A DNA stretch of 64,000 nucleotides from a virus. The stretch spans positions 1-64,000 of the IMG/VR virus record IMGVR_UViG_3300025276_000027, one strand, 5' to 3'. Under the pieces are notes generated by a model, which had not been told where the DNA came from, did no database searches, and saw only the letters and a list, made by a program, of their open reading frames with translations. How positions within the stretch are numbered: position 1 is the first letter of the stretch; every line of letters starts with the position of its first letter. This document shows positions 19,901 to 28,547 of this stretch, piece after piece. The position numbers were made by a program, and so were the translations under genes.

Positions 19901-22900
19901 AGAATTTTGATTTACAAAAGATGTACTATTTGCAGCAGGTATATCTATTGTAATGGTTTGACCTACTTGTTTAGAAGTATTTTTATCAAATAATTGTAAC
20001 TGCAATTTACCCCACGGAGAAACTTGCAATGAAATATTATAATCAGAATTACTTGAAATAAAAACTTTATCTGGTACAGTAGTATCATTGAAATCTCTAT
20101 TATAAGCTTCATCTTTTACTTTACCATCTTTATCTAGATTTTCCTTTTTTGTTTTCTGTGCACGCTCTACAAGATCAACAGCTAAAGAACCTCTTTGATC
20201 TTTAGTTAATGAACGTGCTTTTAAATTAATAGGTCTGTAAGATCCATCTGGTAATTGAACTATAGCCACATACCTATCTGAACCAGTTATTATATTATCC
20301 CACATCAAATCCTTTTGTAATCTGGACTTTATTTTATTATATAGTTTAACATTTTCTTCTGCTGTAGTAATATATTCTATTGTTCTTGACCCTTTTTTTC
20401 TCTTTAAATCAAATATAAAGTAGCTTCCATTTTCATCAGCATGCTCATAACGTAAATCTTTTAAAGATCTTGTATTACTATTATCAATAGATCTACCACC
20501 CTTTTGTGTTATAAAGTTTAAACCAAAAGGTAATTGATTTATTCCAATCACAGATTTTGGATTACTATCTGCATAAGCAAGTAACAATGCATTAAGTGCA
20601 AAATTATTTCTTACTAATTCTAAAGTTTGTTTTTGATCTAATGTAGCCTTAAGTTCAGGGCTTACAAAAATACTATTAAGAGCTTGTTCTCTTGACATAT
20701 TAGCTAAAGAAGTAACGTCTTTTATTTGTATGTTACCATTAGGAATATATGCAAATATCCCATCTGCATTATCTGTGATAGGTACACCATTATCTTTTAA
20801 TATTTTATTAATTCTATTTTTTATCTTCCCGTTAGGAATAGAAAGCCCTATGCTATACTTAGATTGTACTATAGTAACATATGGGTTTTGTTCTTTACCT
20901 TTTATAACATAATTTCCAATATTGTTACCACCCTCATTATTAACATTTATAACAAGTTCTAAAGTATTAATCTCTTCTTGAGTTAAATTATCTAGTATAA
21001 TATTTAATCTATCATCCGCACCTTCATAATCTCTTTTACCATTTTCATCTGTATTAGCATGTGGATATACTTTATTAATATCAGTTATATTTACTCTAGC
21101 TACATTTGACGGTAGCAGATCAAATTTTATTTCTTGTGTAGTATATGAATTTTTAAATTGACCAGATTGTAATGTTACAGGTTTGCCCTCAAAATTATTA
21201 GGAACTAAACGCAGGTTTCCTCCTTGTACAAATTTTGGTGTACTTATAACTCTATATTCTTTACCATCACTATCATAAACCAATTGTCCCTGAAATAACA
21301 TTACTCCATCAAAAGGAAAAGGAGTACTATCTGGAGCACGCTTATCTAACTTTCTCATACTTGCAATAGCAGTACCAGAATTATTAAATGCATTACGGGT
21401 AATTCCTATTTGTAATAATAATTCTGGAGATACATTATTTCCATTTTTATCAACTAATTTAAAAAATGCTTCAACTTCACCCTGAGAATTGAATGTTGTT
21501 ATTTTTAATACATCTACTATAGTCCCCTCCTGAAAAACTCTAGGTTTTGGTGGATTAGCAGGATCTATATTATCTTCATCATCTTCATTTGCAACTTTAG
21601 GTGTAACAAGAGTAGGATCAGATTTAACTGGCTCAGTATAATACATTTCATTTAATGGAATACCCGCTGCTTGAAGTATATCTCTTACTAAAGGATTTTC
21701 TAAAACCTCTCTGCTTCTCAACCATTGATCAAAACCTGCTTCTGCTTTTATGTCTGCATCTGATAACTCAGTAAATATAGGATTACCTTTAGCATCCATA
21801 ACAGGTAGCTTACCAGATATCCATAGTTTCTTTAATGCATTAAATGAATTTTGCCAGTTTAGACCTTCTGTATTTCTCCATTCCTCAAAAGTCTTAACTG
21901 TCTCACCAAGTACTGTCTGTGTTCCTGAATACTTTCTGTATTGTCTGTCCAATAATTTTTGTAATAATATACTATTATTTGCATCAGGTAATATAACATC
22001 TATATTTGCGTCTTCTAAAATTTCATCTTGATTATTTTTTGTCTCCTTTACTTCAACATCTTTACCCTTTTCTTCAGTTGTGTCTGTTGACTCATCAGTT
22101 TTTTCTGACATACTTCTGTACGTCTCAAGAAGTCTTTGGATTTGATCATACTTTACTTTATCTAAGTTAGGATCTATATCTCCCTGGTCATCATAAAAAT
22201 TCTTTAATTCATTTACATTACCAGAAATTAGAAACTTCTTAACTTGTTCAGGATCACCAACATAACCAGCTTCAAATAACTTATTCATTAATACATTAGC
22301 TTCTTTTATATTAATGTATTTTTCTATTTGTTGTTTATGTATTTTACTAAGGTTCTTATATATATTTTTATTAACCTCTATCTGTCTATCTACAATATCA
22401 CTAAGCCTTTGTGGATTATTTAAATACTCAATAGCTTTATCATATACTTTAGCTCTACCATTTAATGCTTTGTAATCTACTATTTCTTTAAGCGCATCTT
22501 GCATTTTTGATCTATCAACAAATGAATTAGTTGAATTTGCCATAAACTGCACATACTTTTCAAAAGCAGATGTTAATTTATTTATTTTTCTTCTATCAAA
22601 TGAACCATCCTTAGTTAGGTTTTTTGGATCATTTAATATTTTTTCAATAGCACTAAGATTTTTTATTTTGTTTGTTGCTTTTTCTATAGCTTTTTTTCCT
22701 TCACTTGTTTCTTTATCTTGAACTGCAATATCTTGTAGTAATAATCCTATTTCATTATTTATAGAGTCTATATCTAATAATACTGTAATATCATTAGCTG
22801 CCATTCCTTCAAATAATGGCTCATTACTCAACTTAGTATAAATACCAAGTTGTCTTTCTGTTGCACGTTTAAACCCGTCTTCAGTAAACATTTGAAGATA

Positions 22901-25234
22901 TGTAATATGTTCAAAAGCTTTTTCTTTAATAGCTTCAAGAATATATGCTCTAGAACCCTTATCATATTGTGTTCTATCATAAGGATTTGTAAATTTATCT
23001 TTATTTTTCTCAAAACTAAGTTCAAATTTATCTAGGTTATTGATCATCTTCTGAAGTCTTTCCCTAGCTTTACCATTTTTAATATCACTTTTTGGACCAG
23101 GAAACGCTTGTCCTAATTCTTCATCACTCATTTGCATAAAATCTGTAAGCTGAGTTCTAAAATAATTAGATGTTCCGTTTGAAAAAATTGTATAAAGCTG
23201 TTGAAACTTTCCAAAATCTTTTTCATCTGTAAAACCAAATCTATCTTGAGCAAAAGCATTTTCCTTCATTGCTCCAGCAACTTGTTTTTGAATTTTAAAG
23301 TTTAATTCATTTAGGTCAAACAAAGAAGAAGGATTATCAACTGAACTATTCCATGCTTCATTATGTACTTTAACTAAATCCTTTACATAATTCTTCTTTG
23401 TTTCTTGATATTCTTTAAATGCCTTTGGATCACTAATTCTATTATATAAAGCCGGCATTCCTTGAAATACTAGTTTTTGAGGTCCTTGTACAATTCCCCC
23501 CATTAAAAATCCAGATAGGAATGTCTCTACACCTTGTCCACTAAATTGAGAGCCCATACCAGCACGTATCATATCATTTTGTAATGCTATTCCACCTGAT
23601 AACGGATCTTCCATTACAGTAGTATAGTAACCTTTAGTACCTACAGCAATAGCTTCTTGTCCTATTTCTTGTAAACCCTCAGCTACATTCGCTGCAAAGT
23701 ATCTTGCTGTTGCTGATATAGCCATTCCGGTATTACCTTTAATTCCACCAGCTTTTACTTTAGTCCACCAACCTCTAATCCCAGGTCCCGCATCTTCAAA
23801 TACATCTTTGATTTTACCAGTAACAGCATCTTTTACACCTTTACCTTTAAACAATCTTCCGTTTAAACCTTTTTTAAATGTATCATTAAAAACTCTACCT
23901 AATGATCTATTAAATCCACCCATTGCATTTCCTAATACAATCTGATTACTTAGAAAAATTAATGGAGCATTAGTCATTGTAGTATAAAAAGCACCTTCTC
24001 CTGCTTGAGATTGTATAAGTGCCATTTGTTCAGGTGTAACATTACCTGTTTTTTTCTTTTGTATATCTACCCCTTCTCTTACAAGTTCATTGTAGACCAT
24101 ACCACCTTCAAGCTTACTTTCAGCTAATGCTAAATTTACTGCTCTAAAGTCTCTATAAAATCCACCAAATCCTGCTTTTGCTTTTGCTAAATTGTTTGCA
24201 TTTTGTGTAGCATTTTTAGCAGTCTTAAAGTTTTTAAGTGCAGAATAAGTTTGTGGTGTTAATATATTACCAACTACTTTAGTACCAGACTTTGCTGCTG
24301 CCCAGAAAGATTTAGCTGCATCATAATTTTTTAATTGATTAAGCAATGCTCTTGTGCTAGCCTGCATATTTTTTATATTAAAAAAGTTTTTTGCACCTTT
24401 TACAATTCTACCAGCATTTTGTGCTGTTCTTACTGCAGCAAGCCCACTTGTAGCACCACCAGAAAGATATGTTGCACCAGCAAGTATCAATTCTTCTACA
24501 GCAATAGATCCAATTATACCAAATGTATAACCACTATTTAAAAGTAAATTATTTGTAAAAGCTAATGCACCGCCTCTTGTTGAATTACCAATAGCCATAG
24601 CATCTTCAAACTCCATTGCAGAATCAATATCTGGTGCAGAAAAATATGCATCATCATCAAACATGTCTCCTAAAGATCTATATACACTTGAAAATCCAGA
24701 ACCTACTAAACTACTAAACTCACCACGCATTCTAGACATATCATCCCAAATTGTAGAGTTTGCATTATAGTATCCTTCCATATCAGCATAGGGTGTAAAA
24801 CCTAGCTGAGCAAAATCAGGATGCTCATAGTATCTCATAAAATTACTTTGTCTAATATTTGCAAAACGTTTATCTACAACGTCTGCAGCAGGTCCTTTAG
24901 ACTCAGCCTTTAAAATTTTAGAAACAGTATTATATGTATCTTGAGGAGGATTTTGTTGAGCAACTGGATCAAATGTACCAGTAGCTAAAGTTGGTCTTGC
25001 TACACCTAAACTTGCCATAGCAGGTATACCATATCTATCTATAGCTGATTTATATGCACCAACATTAGCAATTGCACCAGGATCAGTAGCTAATACATCA
25101 GCTATCTGAGTTTCTGGCCCATCAAACATTTCTTCAATAGGTATAAAGTTAAATCCATCAGTTGGAATTACAGATTCTTGTCTTTGATTACTATTTACAG
25201 CATTTGTCAAAGATGTATTCGCTTGATTCTCCAT
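10907..25234 (-). CDS. Virion RNA polymerase polyprotein (4775 aa) with zincin protease domain and hydrophobic N-terminal region
   Basis: Catalytic SGADFDIDK (DFDID at 13742-13756) preceded by VRIPSQ; DAQMY and ATDNAKE motifs; HEAFH (18182-18196) with downstream EEYLADEF. Confidence 0.92.
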   Translation of the reverse strand: MENQANTSLTNAVNSNQRQESVIPTDGFNFIPIEEMFDGPETQIADVLATDPGAIANVGAYKSAIDRYGIPAMASLGVARPTLATGTFDPVAQQNPPQDTYNTVSKILKAESKGPAADVVDKRFANIRQSNFMRYYEHPDFAQLGFTPYADMEGYYNANSTIWDDMSRMRGEFSSLVGSGFSSVYRSLGDMFDDDAYFSAPDIDSAMEFEDAMAIGNSTRGGALAFTNNLLLNSGYTFGIIGSIAVEELILAGATYLSGGATSGLAAVRTAQNAGRIVKGAKNFFNIKNMQASTRALLNQLKNYDAAKSFWAAAKSGTKVVGNILTPQTYSALKNFKTAKNATQNANNLAKAKAGFGGFYRDFRAVNLALAESKLEGGMVYNELVREGVDIQKKKTGNVTPEQMALIQSQAGEGAFYTTMTNAPLIFLSNQIVLGNAMGGFNRSLGRVFNDTFKKGLNGRLFKGKGVKDAVTGKIKDVFEDAGPGIRGWWTKVKAGGIKGNTGMAISATARYFAANVAEGLQEIGQEAIAVGTKGYYTTVMEDPLSGGIALQNDMIRAGMGSQFSGQGVETFLSGFLMGGIVQGPQKLVFQGMPALYNRISDPKAFKEYQETKKNYVKDLVKVHNEAWNSSVDNPSSLFDLNELNFKIQKQVAGAMKENAFAQDRFGFTDEKDFGKFQQLYTIFSNGTSNYFRTQLTDFMQMSDEELGQAFPGPKSDIKNGKARERLQKMINNLDKFELSFEKNKDKFTNPYDRTQYDKGSRAYILEAIKEKAFEHITYLQMFTEDGFKRATERQLGIYTKLSNEPLFEGMAANDITVLLDIDSINNEIGLLLQDIAVQDKETSEGKKAIEKATNKIKNLSAIEKILNDPKNLTKDGSFDRRKINKLTSAFEKYVQFMANSTNSFVDRSKMQDALKEIVDYKALNGRAKVYDKAIEYLNNPQRLSDIVDRQIEVNKNIYKNLSKIHKQQIEKYINIKEANVLMNKLFEAGYVGDPEQVKKFLISGNVNELKNFYDDQGDIDPNLDKVKYDQIQRLLETYRSMSEKTDESTDTTEEKGKDVEVKETKNNQDEILEDANIDVILPDANNSILLQKLLDRQYRKYSGTQTVLGETVKTFEEWRNTEGLNWQNSFNALKKLWISGKLPVMDAKGNPIFTELSDADIKAEAGFDQWLRSREVLENPLVRDILQAAGIPLNEMYYTEPVKSDPTLVTPKVANEDDEDNIDPANPPKPRVFQEGTIVDVLKITTFNSQGEVEAFFKLVDKNGNNVSPELLLQIGITRNAFNNSGTAIASMRKLDKRAPDSTPFPFDGVMLFQGQLVYDSDGKEYRVISTPKFVQGGNLRLVPNNFEGKPVTLQSGQFKNSYTTQEIKFDLLPSNVARVNITDINKVYPHANTDENGKRDYEGADDRLNIILDNLTQEEINTLELVINVNNEGGNNIGNYVIKGKEQNPYVTIVQSKYSIGLSIPNGKIKNRINKILKDNGVPITDNADGIFAYIPNGNIQIKDVTSLANMSREQALNSIFVSPELKATLDQKQTLELVRNNFALNALLLAYADSNPKSVIGINQLPFGLNFITQKGGRSIDNSNTRSLKDLRYEHADENGSYFIFDLKRKKGSRTIEYITTAEENVKLYNKIKSRLQKDLMWDNIITGSDRYVAIVQLPDGSYRPINLKARSLTKDQRGSLAVDLVERAQKTKKENLDKDGKVKDEAYNRDFNDTTVPDKVFISSNSDYNISLQVSPWGKLQLQLFDKNTSKQVGQTITIDIPAANSTSFVNQNSATGFIQSLIKDFNNDADIKATKVTLSNKNFRESFPTATSANEIIDLTTTNVRPEVVLNSSARATGESSAIQAEIDKGNIKEDVVENTEIDESNFTSEEAEFSLLDLSDLAFAEFAAKDFLTLPSEFINHIANKIVKEGVDNLTSREVEVYNMRAATINVMVSQRGGEGLQQTSGVEAFSRVEGIYTFEQKNIKGGIVNQIIKNNENGSEIIKATSPDGSVKFFLIGKFEGVPNQMNGLATSQKEIDAVLNQLGVKAQNFLGLNTSEQVSTSNPNQKFDDAVSTIEEQIQALRDPVTSEVADKDRAKFQSLITKLYEAKRAASRGNSTQPLGTKTKNKDVDGSTIYYGKEAKAEEDNSIENYIKIIEKSIKNGKITQEVGRQMVLNRINKNYDFTMDKMGIIVDYIQDRLDDSIPQVGNNKSSWQMFRDGKQPATQQINNLEDIKQQLETVKTQLLEGVAPKDRGKTLRTSEEYQKLLAQRKAIEKEANKIMSSSDFSLTDVEDIDVFTDWAANNLPGYMNISDITTLGNNLKAGGVRVGAFVLGLNHVAGGQKVSGTIYTGALSPYKYHEAFHGVFRMLLSDEEIKRYRNIARKEVRAKLRAEGKSFEKELQKFKNSADTYSNMTRQELENQYYEEYLADEFNKFKINPKNTNTDASVKSLFTRILDWIQSVFNSYSKNELRTLFENIDSGKFKGAQIANNEFTTALNVGATIEANALIPYNSITEKGNLGFIYLESDIADPLVRNISAMFLQRVSKLTESYNPKNQMDSVLDDFEWLYSIDNPINENKTDLQKVKLNEIQSAFDNYSATIREQSIAYINQISDKSDNERYEVEEFEDATGIRSTTEYEKDASMIGGFRSLSSQLRAYIATTSVEATDYFGNVELTNGEPLIIAVDFVEAYNGLLKAVKNLTDPKQILQSMYFFGQDNSETGAIVQRILNDVGITKEQLLKDNGIPTEIQSPLLFQSILKGFENFRVDYLFNERDNAGNTIVYSASERDDVNSQLDRWNQGFISKRKQLIIDPKRKDLLINLLSQIQKDILPTDKAITSAKLKKDSKKYSQELFELSGIKISPLFLQYSMLYNRTNLKEDQSVFLKLNKNESAALTHDLDGSAYKESSIALMNQLIQSNEDIFSVGKDGMDSRLKNMSIANAPFDETIGASVFKNPNGDLIYAHQLPTYHLKKIAQLNNPEALVDLLESDPYLANNYLLNSSAFKQLSLESRLQVIRVAGNKIGDLISTEEELNDGLQGIKQTSTYGDFTPQEFALNLINNYGALLNSKSYKVSRVESLDREGNKIISALAPILIRVMEASNTGDMAALPVIKTVEMVNGEAVLTEEAVDIYIDKIRTEFARINREANDITKTQEDILGYTDGRALTFFNTKTLMSVEQQTFLINAAIKAGKAGNIITLDDALAGTVTQQTSEVTDEVSGMTALRNNLVDNLESRFQVFEQLIDELKIEDQISNQVKNGPVIAAGVSRGALVQSASLLNLNNNFRHNLKQIFFNDAINSYSINEILLGDQAVSLKDSVDQIKRAKMQNGAYYSAYSAITAPEHGVIHPVDDISLVTLTEPQDSGIDFADAQMYITTKAFRYMWFGFGKLSAAQAEFINRIEAGQTITSDSVFGNEATPEGYAKMQALLNSKKLVYGDGSTFLKMSAFTLTPQYTSEWNDDIKSWVALPGKETLHNLRLKLEAIEKEKETIAIAAPLSAVKMKKQRVNLLEELDNTDPFTNGVTTLDARFMGLQQLNPSNKLEQIDPTQIKQILTSEQNDKQFVPALNMSVKEIRTEYNKAISQRVTLKFNDKTNLIFSFENAMDELSISQASGKITPKLAAFLQFALSGLKASQSSSQILEFFSMTEGIPNYNLNNQIIVRKFEQLFLSYFSKGVFSERTPGLGLTLVSDFGNKVYRRVFEIKDGVPIRSEIIRRAAWQGTENDLFNIDSLTQENIGPEGVVVLDRLRHGIMEYDSNGEPTGQRYTEMMMPAHHKSVMDLIENTPSATMPEAISKMFGVRIPSQDNHSAMNIKWVDFMPVFYGSSAMFARELVEVSGADFDIDKVFAQFKDFYVKDGEFFEYGNKNKLEENYSDYIRYINANVNKSGTIYSEAYLTYDENLDAAKIENSLTESEEKAYYQFLTKQNIVTDAGLKEAGVKALQLLGLPITKAQYGEYVAKFGEPYAAPLNNKILDYKYALLGNDSVASGENPISYSPAALDILNSTLADLAEVSDIFKNRMLEENNDVDDLVGKILAFKANKGASIGAAVLPNLYLSLLTEYKIDLKSPIIIDGVTYDSFKYTTEKKNEGDQRNQDTISSLITMATDNAKERLFAKLGLNRHALGLVSMMTSLSIPIKTSILLINNPVIQDLYSQALNKKDKFDPGIDTLVEKEYFRLIDKVKKETGTLPRGISVTNAVLLDAINFPGEVTDEVNISILQDFKQLADLKQFTDKMGAPTSLTKGLGKDVATVLDKKKDIQDLLSEDAPLDLNKIYNSNTWYSTYLKLFKQVTDYLLPATFLSAAPVFQDILNNVVDNIDTRATTLKTEDVQNIALDLLSYLNIKGYQYNLLQNGTLNEKVLSNDLIYPNSDRSIVDVINEIKEVLESKGESNFFIDNFVIPESATDVGNDSGLNIAMANTFRNLSAPQKVDLQNSFAQLYGSLDTKNQAQTIINYMMVKDGLQLRYGSLLEAIAPFTMNKFLSHINTVEKAVRGDVSFESVFGLSKEELTKEFTEGFLESNINGSKLWTFKRSLTTGSLQPGVQVKDNEVTVNWASIVLDRDATPNYVRVVDVQGVIKTYKLDSESKTYKEIDPFGSNQQTHIGFMFGPRPTYKEIRAFVNSKNGKNQEDPYMDFAMDPSDFAVQQEVLQSDNVNIEATENSIDVQLDPEATMTNVADTAFLLEQLGLNQEAQDQSELEANVIDDVDTSLPEVDEVESQLTLDFGMELDEQFPMLTDFWDSNIQGNKEAMASLRENNILSLEDFIEEYNNGIYENEEGFIDQIKKCNL

Positions 25235-25242
25235 TTAGTTTT

Positions 25243-28200
25243 TTATTTTATACCGTATTCCTTTTGATCTTTATCTCTAGCTAATCTGTTTTGTGTTCTT
25301 ATACTTACAAAGTAATTATGTAATGAATTTATTTGAGAATCCATACCTCTTACTCCCAACTCCATATCTACAGGTTGTGTAAACTCAGAAGATGTGTATG
25401 TACCTCCTAATTTAGTTTCCGGATTATAAGGAACATATGTATTAACTGTATAATTAACCATATATTTATTATTATTTACTCTTGAAACTCTATAGTTAGC
25501 TGTAGGTGTTATCATATCAGGAACTGTATAATCTGCATATCCATTTTCACTAGTTATTATATCTGTATTAATAGCAGAATAATAAGAATTCCTTTCTGCC
25601 TTAACATTTATATCTTCTGATTGATTAAATAAAAATGTTATACCATCAGTACTCATTTTTGCAATATCATCTGTAGTTAATGCACCATATTGATCACTTA
25701 CATCTGCACCTCCTTTTTTCTTTGAAGCTCCCCATTCTTTATTTGGCATAATTTTATATCCAAATGTTACTTTATTACCATCTTGAGATCTACCAAGTAT
25801 AGGTTTGTATTCAAATCTGCTTTTAGGTGTAGTTGCATTTGAATTAGATCTTTTAGGATTATTATAAGCAGTGTTTAAATCTTCTCTATAAAGATTCCAT
25901 ATTTTTGTAGCAATAGGATCATCCTTAAATAATTCATCACTGTCTAAGTTATCTATAGAACCTGTAAAAAGACCATAAGGTTTTCCAGATAAATCCATTT
26001 CTTTAATTTGATCTAATAAATTACCTAGCTCTGCATCTGCTTGTGGATTATTTACTAATGGATTAAGAGTATAACTATATGTAGGTGACATTTGTAATCC
26101 ATCTGAACTATCACCATAACCAGCTAATAAAGAATCTACTGTACCGGTAGCTAGATCTCCCTGTGTTCCTATTAATCCCTGTTGAAATAAAGTATACAAT
26201 TTATCATAGTATTCATTAGCTTCAGATCTAATTTCGTCTTCATCAAATCCTATCATGTGATTACCCTGAGCATCCGTTAGAGGAACTGTTAAAGTTGAAG
26301 TACTATAATTACTACCTGTATAATTTGGATTAGGTACTTCTTTATATAAATACTTTTTATATTTTTCATTTTCATTTCCATCCCATCCCCATAGATCTGG
26401 ATTTTTTATTTCTCCAGCATCTATTCTTTCTTTTACTAATTCATAGTATTCTGCTTTGGGTATAATCTGATTTTGATCATTCATAATAGTTGGAAAACCA
26501 GCATCAGCAAGAATTTTAGCATTTTTATCAAATCCTGATTCACCTCTGCTTTCTAAATTAGCTTTCATAAGATCATATGTCTCCCTATGATTTCCAAGTA
26601 CTGTAGTCATTGCTGCATTTAATCCTAACATTTGAGTATTAGTACTATTTTCAGGACCAACCATATTATTATATAAATCTTGATATGGTGCAAATGATGC
26701 ATCATTACCTGTTAAATTTGCATTTTGCTTAGTTTGGTTATATGTATTAATAAAAGCATCTCTAGTTTTAGTATATAAACCTGATACTAAAGATCTGTTT
26801 GCATACCCAGCAATTTTAGCATCTTCACCTTCACCTTCTATTATAGGTGCCATGAGTTTTTCTCTAATTTTCTCAATGGTTCCTCTAAACTCCACTTCTT
26901 TACCATCTTGCATTATAGTAACACCCCATTTACCATCTTGAGCAGCATCATCACCTCTAGGGTTTATTATCATTTTAGCATCTAAAATATTATTTACTTG
27001 TCTTTCAAATAAACTATTATCTCTACGTAAAAATGCATCATTATTCATTATAGTAACATCAGTATCTGGATCAATTTCTCCTTTGCTATCTACTGCTACC
27101 TGAAGTGAATCACTATCACCAAAACGTGTACTTGTTCCTTTTAATTTATTACCTATTGAGTTTGGATCTCCATCTACTATTTCTCCTTTTGCTGCTGCTA
27201 AAGCTCTAGCATCCTTAGCTTTTTGAGCTTGTAAGATCAATCCATTTCTTGCATTAGCTCTTATCTTAGCCATGTCATACATCTGTTGCTTTTCTTGTTT
27301 AGCATATTCATTGACCCTCATAGTATACTCTTGATCACGTGCACCAAAATTAACAGCTGCTTTTTTCATGTCACCACTTATATTGTAGTTCATTAACATG
27401 TTATATGCTTTATTAAGTGTTCCCTGTGAACTCTTTGATGGCGTATTACCAATACTTTGTAAATTTACCTTAGCATCTAATGCAGCTTGCATTGCTTCAG
27501 CAGCACTTAATTGTTCTTCCATTGCTTGTTCTAACTCAGAACCAGGAACAATACCATTATTTGCTTTATAATTTTGCCAATTTACATTAGCATTCTCTGC
27601 TTTTTTTAATTCTTTAGTTGCCTGTTGAATTAAAGGTTCATTTAATGTATTAATTCTTTCAATAGTTTCTTGTGCCCAGGTATCTTGTCCTTGTTGAACT
27701 GATGAAAATTGACCTGCTTGCATACCTTGTGCTGCAAAATTTCTACTTTTAACAAATGCATCTTCTTGATATGCTCTTTGAACTGTAGGATTATCTAATA
27801 ATGCTGATTGTACAGCTTGTAATGCTGCTCCTGTAATTAATCTACCATTTTGTTCAGTTATAATCCAATCTGTATTTGCAGTACCATCTGCATTTTCCCC
27901 ATAATGATCTACTTTCATTTTAAGAGGGGGATCCATACCTTCTAAATATTCGGTTGCTAACTCAAATAAGTCTGCATCTTGTATATACTTTGGTAATTGT
28001 GCTTGTAAAGCTTGCTGCTCAGACCCATTTATAAAATCATTCATTCTATATTGCATTCCTTGTATACCAGTTTCCCAGTATTTTTCATGCATTGCTGTGT
28101 CTGTAGAATCAAGCAATCTATTGGCATAAGCCATTTCATCTCTATATTTAGATGTAAACACAATATCCTTAACAGTTAAATCATCTTGATAAAAAGGTGC

Positions 28201-28488
28201 AAATACACTTTGTGCACTAGCAGCATTTTGCTGTAATGATAAATCCATCCCTGATATCTTTTCTATTTGTGGTCCTATCTGATCTGCAAATTGATCTCTT
28301 CGTTCTTTTGTATCTTCTCTAGATAAATCTGCATATACAACTTTATTGTATATATCATTTGTTGCTTTAAAATTAGCATCATACTTATCAGTTCTGGTTT
28401 CTAAAACAGCTGATAAAAATTTATAGTCTGGAGTAAACGGTTTAATATCCGGTACGTAAGATTTGCTTCCTTTAATGTATGTTGCCAT
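25243..28488 (-). CDS. Virion cargo/ejection protein (helical, 1081 aa)
   Basis: Immediately upstream of vRNAP; N-terminal PFTPDY followed by coiled coils; no Cys seen; typical crAss-like cargo position. Confidence 0.6.
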   Translation of the reverse strand: MATYIKGSKSYVPDIKPFTPDYKFLSAVLETRTDKYDANFKATNDIYNKVVYADLSREDTKERRDQFADQIGPQIEKISGMDLSLQQNAASAQSVFAPFYQDDLTVKDIVFTSKYRDEMAYANRLLDSTDTAMHEKYWETGIQGMQYRMNDFINGSEQQALQAQLPKYIQDADLFELATEYLEGMDPPLKMKVDHYGENADGTANTDWIITEQNGRLITGAALQAVQSALLDNPTVQRAYQEDAFVKSRNFAAQGMQAGQFSSVQQGQDTWAQETIERINTLNEPLIQQATKELKKAENANVNWQNYKANNGIVPGSELEQAMEEQLSAAEAMQAALDAKVNLQSIGNTPSKSSQGTLNKAYNMLMNYNISGDMKKAAVNFGARDQEYTMRVNEYAKQEKQQMYDMAKIRANARNGLILQAQKAKDARALAAAKGEIVDGDPNSIGNKLKGTSTRFGDSDSLQVAVDSKGEIDPDTDVTIMNNDAFLRRDNSLFERQVNNILDAKMIINPRGDDAAQDGKWGVTIMQDGKEVEFRGTIEKIREKLMAPIIEGEGEDAKIAGYANRSLVSGLYTKTRDAFINTYNQTKQNANLTGNDASFAPYQDLYNNMVGPENSTNTQMLGLNAAMTTVLGNHRETYDLMKANLESRGESGFDKNAKILADAGFPTIMNDQNQIIPKAEYYELVKERIDAGEIKNPDLWGWDGNENEKYKKYLYKEVPNPNYTGSNYSTSTLTVPLTDAQGNHMIGFDEDEIRSEANEYYDKLYTLFQQGLIGTQGDLATGTVDSLLAGYGDSSDGLQMSPTYSYTLNPLVNNPQADAELGNLLDQIKEMDLSGKPYGLFTGSIDNLDSDELFKDDPIATKIWNLYREDLNTAYNNPKRSNSNATTPKSRFEYKPILGRSQDGNKVTFGYKIMPNKEWGASKKKGGADVSDQYGALTTDDIAKMSTDGITFLFNQSEDINVKAERNSYYSAINTDIITSENGYADYTVPDMITPTANYRVSRVNNNKYMVNYTVNTYVPYNPETKLGGTYTSSEFTQPVDMELGVRGMDSQINSLHNYFVSIRTQNRLARDKDQKEYGIK

Positions 28489-28492
28489 AATT

Positions 28493-28523
28493 CAAAATTA
28501 ATATAATTTAATAAGTTTACAAA
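28493..28523 (-). promoter_or_regulatory. Bacteroidota sigma70-type promoter (-33 TTTG, 19-nt spacer, -7 TAATTTTG)
   Basis: Minus strand reads TTTG-TAAACTTATTAAATTATAT-TAATTTTG-AATT-ATG, an exact match to TTTG-N19-21-TAnnTTTG. Confidence 0.65.
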
Positions 28524-28547
28524 GTATTCATTATAAACTGTTTAAGT

